The position numbers and the translations under genes are program-made. The notes beneath the pieces are model-generated. The model saw only the letters and a list, made by a program, of their open reading frames with translations, was not told where the DNA came from and made no database searches. Shown piece by piece: positions 61,080 through 64,000 of a stretch of 64,000 nucleotides of DNA. Source of the DNA: Narcine bancroftii (taxonomy: Eukaryota). The stretch covers positions 108,500,001 to 108,564,000 of the forward strand of contig NC_091476.1 in assembly GCF_036971445.1 (NCBI RefSeq), read 5' to 3'. Each line of letters opens with the position of its first letter. The first letter of the stretch is position 1.

Positions 61080-62715
61080 GGAAAGTTTCTAAATTGCATT
61101 TATTTCAATGAAAGGAGTATTGTAGGAAAGGCAGACAAGCTTAGAGCACAGATTGACACATGGAATTATGACATTGTGGCCATTAGTGAAACTTGGTTGC
61201 AGGGACAGGACTGGTAGCTCAGTTTTCTGGACTTCTGTTGCTTTAGACATGATAGAACGGGGTTGGGTGTGTGGGCGGTGGGGGGTGGGGGAGTTGGGGG
61301 GGCGAATGAAAGGGGAAGGAGTGGCATTGCTCACCAGGTAATATATCACAGCTGTGGTCGGGCAGGTCAGACAGAGGGCTTGTCCACTGAGGCTATATGG
61401 GTGGAGCTGAGGAATGGGAAAGATATGGCCACACTCATGAGGTTGTATTATAGACCAACCAATATCAACAAGAATTGGAGGAGCAAATCTGTAGAGAGAT
61501 AGCAGACAGCTGCAGGAAACTTGTGATAGTAGGGGATTTTAATTTTCCACATATTGACTGGGACTACCATATTGTAAAGGGACTGGACAGCTTGGAGTTT
61601 GTCAAATGTGTTTAGAAAAGTTTTCTAAATTAATATATGGAAGTATCAACTAGAGAGAATGCAATACTGGATCTCCTTTCAGGGAATGAGGCAGGATAGG
61701 TGACAGAAGTATGATCTAGGGGAACATTTTGGGTCCAGTGATCATAATGTCTTCAGTTTCAAGTTAATTATGGAGAAGAATAGGTCTGGGCCTCAGGTTG
61801 AGTTTATAAATTGGACAAAGACTAATTTTGAGGAAATGAGAAAGCACCTAGAATGGATTAGGATAAGTTGTTTTCCAGGCAAGGATGTGAAAGGTAATTG
61901 GAAGACCTTCAAAGGTGAAATTTTGAGAATATGGAGTTTGTATGTTCCTGTCAAGATTAAAGGCAAGGTTAGCAGGCATAGGGAACCTTGGTTTTTGATG
62001 GATATTGTGGATCAGATTTGGAAGAAGAAAGAGGTGTATAGCAGGTAAAGGCAGCATAGAGCAAATGAGGTACTTGAGGTGTATAAAAAATGCAAGAAAA
62101 ACCTCAAGAAAGACATCAGAAAGGCTACATAAAGACATATGGTTGCTTTGGCAGACAATGTGAAGGAAAATCCTAAGGGTTTCTTGAGATATTTTAAGAG
62201 CAAAATGATAGTAAGGGACAAAATTGATCCCCTTGAAGATCAGAGTGGTCGGCTTTATATGGAGCCAAAAGAGATGGGGGAGATCTTAAATAATTTTTTT
62301 TTAAAACAGTATTCACTTAGGAAACAGGCACATATTTGTGGGAAGTAAGGAAAACAAGCAGTGAGGTCATGGAACCCATACAGATTAAAGAGGAGGAAGT
62401 GCTTGCCAGGGCCTGAGAAGACCTTGAGGGAGGTTAGTGTAGAAATTGCAGGAGCTCTGGCATAAATACTGTATTAAAAAATGTCCTTAGCCACAGTTGT
62501 GCTGCCAGAGGATTGGAGGGTAGCTCAAGTTGTTCTGTTTTATAAAAAAGGCTCCAAAAGTAACCCTGGAAATTATAAGCTGACGAGCTTGACGTCAGTA
62601 GATGGCAAATTATTGGAAGGCATTCGAAGAGATTGGGTGTACAATTATTTGGATAGCCAGAAACTGCGTAGGGATAGTCAATATTGCTTTGTTATGGTAG
62701 GTCATGTACATATTT
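61080..62715 (+). mobile_element. Decayed CR1 ORF2 (endonuclease to start of RT)
   Basis: TEAIWVELRN..YYRP, GDFNFPHIDW, KENPKGF, PEDWRVAQVV..KKGSKSNPGNY. Confidence 0.85.
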
Positions 62716-62784
62716 GATATGATCTTGCGGGCCAAATATAATTATATCACGGGCCAAATTTGGCCCACGGGCCTGAGTTTGATA

Positions 62785-64000
62785 TGTGTGCTGTAAGGCA
62801 TTGGAGGCATTACCTGGCTGGTAGAAGATTTACGCTCCTCATGGACCAACACTCTGTCACATTCATGTTCAGCAATGCTAAGAAGGGCAAAATCAAGAAT
62901 GACAAAATTGCCAGGTGGAGGATCAAACTCTACAGTTTTGACATCACCTAACAGCCAGGGGCCCTTAATGACCCCCCAGATGCCTTATCCAGGGGATGCT
63001 GTGCCTCTGCACACACTGGTCAATTGCGGACCATACACAATGAGCTTTGCCATCCAGGGGTCACCCGTATGGCTCATTTTGTCAAGTCCCGCTATTTGCC
63101 CTACTCAATAGAAGACGTCAGGGAAATGACCAGGTCATTGCAGGTCTGTGCCGAGTGCAAGCTGCACAATTTTCATCCCGCGAAAGCACACCTCATTAAA
63201 TCATCCAGGCCCTTTGAATGGCTCAGTGTCGATTTTAAGGGAACACCTACTTTCATCAATGAGTACTCCTGCTTCCCATTCGCCATCCCATGCCCAGACA
63301 CATCTGCCCCATCTGTTATGAAGGCCCTAGGCTCTATTTTCAGCCTGTTCGCATATCTAGCTATATTCACAGCAACCGGGGCTCAGCCTTTATGAGTGAT
63401 GAGATGCGTCAGTACTTGTTGGTGAAGGGCATCGCATCCAGCAGGACTACCAGTTACAACTTTGGGGGAATGGGCAGATTGATAAAGAGAATGCCATGAT
63501 TTGGAAGGCTGTCAAACTTGCCCTGAAACAAAAAGGCCTTCCAGACTCATGCTGACAGGATGTCCTCCCCATCGGGCCCTACTCAATTCGGTCGCTAGTC
63601 TGCACTGCAACCAATGCTACTCCTCATGAGCTCATGTTTACATTCTACAGAAGGTCGGCATCGGGGACTACACTCCCAGCCTGGCTAACTCATCCTGGTC
63701 CAGTCCTTCTCAAGAAGCATGTGAGGAGAAGCAAGACCGACCCATTGGTGGAAAGGGTGAAATTGCTCCATGCCAACCCCACGTAGGACTAGAAGGAGTA
63801 CCTGAATGGCAGGGAGGATACTGTCTCTATCAGGGACCTGGCACCCACCGGAACTGAGTATCCGTTGCCTCAGGTGCTCCACAAGCTACCTAGCTCTTTT
63901 TCCCCACCCTGCCCAGGGCCTCAGTGGACCCAGTTCAGGAGGAGGATGAACCCCCCTTTCTCGTCAAATCGGAGCCACAGCCCACTACCCTTCCATCACA
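62785..64000 (+). mobile_element. Decayed Gypsy-type RNase H-integrase fragment from a different family
   Basis: AVRHWRHYLAGRRFTLLMD, HHCC zinc finger (HNELCHPG..CAEC), PFEWLSVDFKG and YIHSNRGSAFMS. Confidence 0.85.

Overview
Repeat-rich vertebrate genomic DNA, not prokaryotic. HE1-like V-SINEs, Deu-type SINEs, CR1 and Penelope remnants suggest a cartilaginous fish, probably a ray or skate (inference). Three spliced genes lie on the minus strand. (1) The 5' half of SCN2B: coding exons 1-2, with the rest off the left edge. (2) A JAML/AMICA1-like Ig receptor that I reconstructed from phase-compatible exons (~276 aa): apparently one V domain, a TM helix, a YVTM motif and a possible PDZ-binding tail. 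(3) A complete SC5D (297 aa) with a CCAAT/GC-box promoter and a 12x20-bp E-box minisatellite in intron 1. Mobile DNA includes two near-identical young RTE LINEs (one with a 5' fold-back), a decayed SCAN-gag Gmr1-like Gypsy element lacking integrase, and an ORF1-only L1-like element nested in it. There are also two solo LTRs of that family, one splitting a 5S rRNA-derived sequence that abuts a tRNA-SINE, plus many CR1, Rex/Babar, Penelope and MITE fragments. All calls are by eye and from recalled homology; no searches were run.
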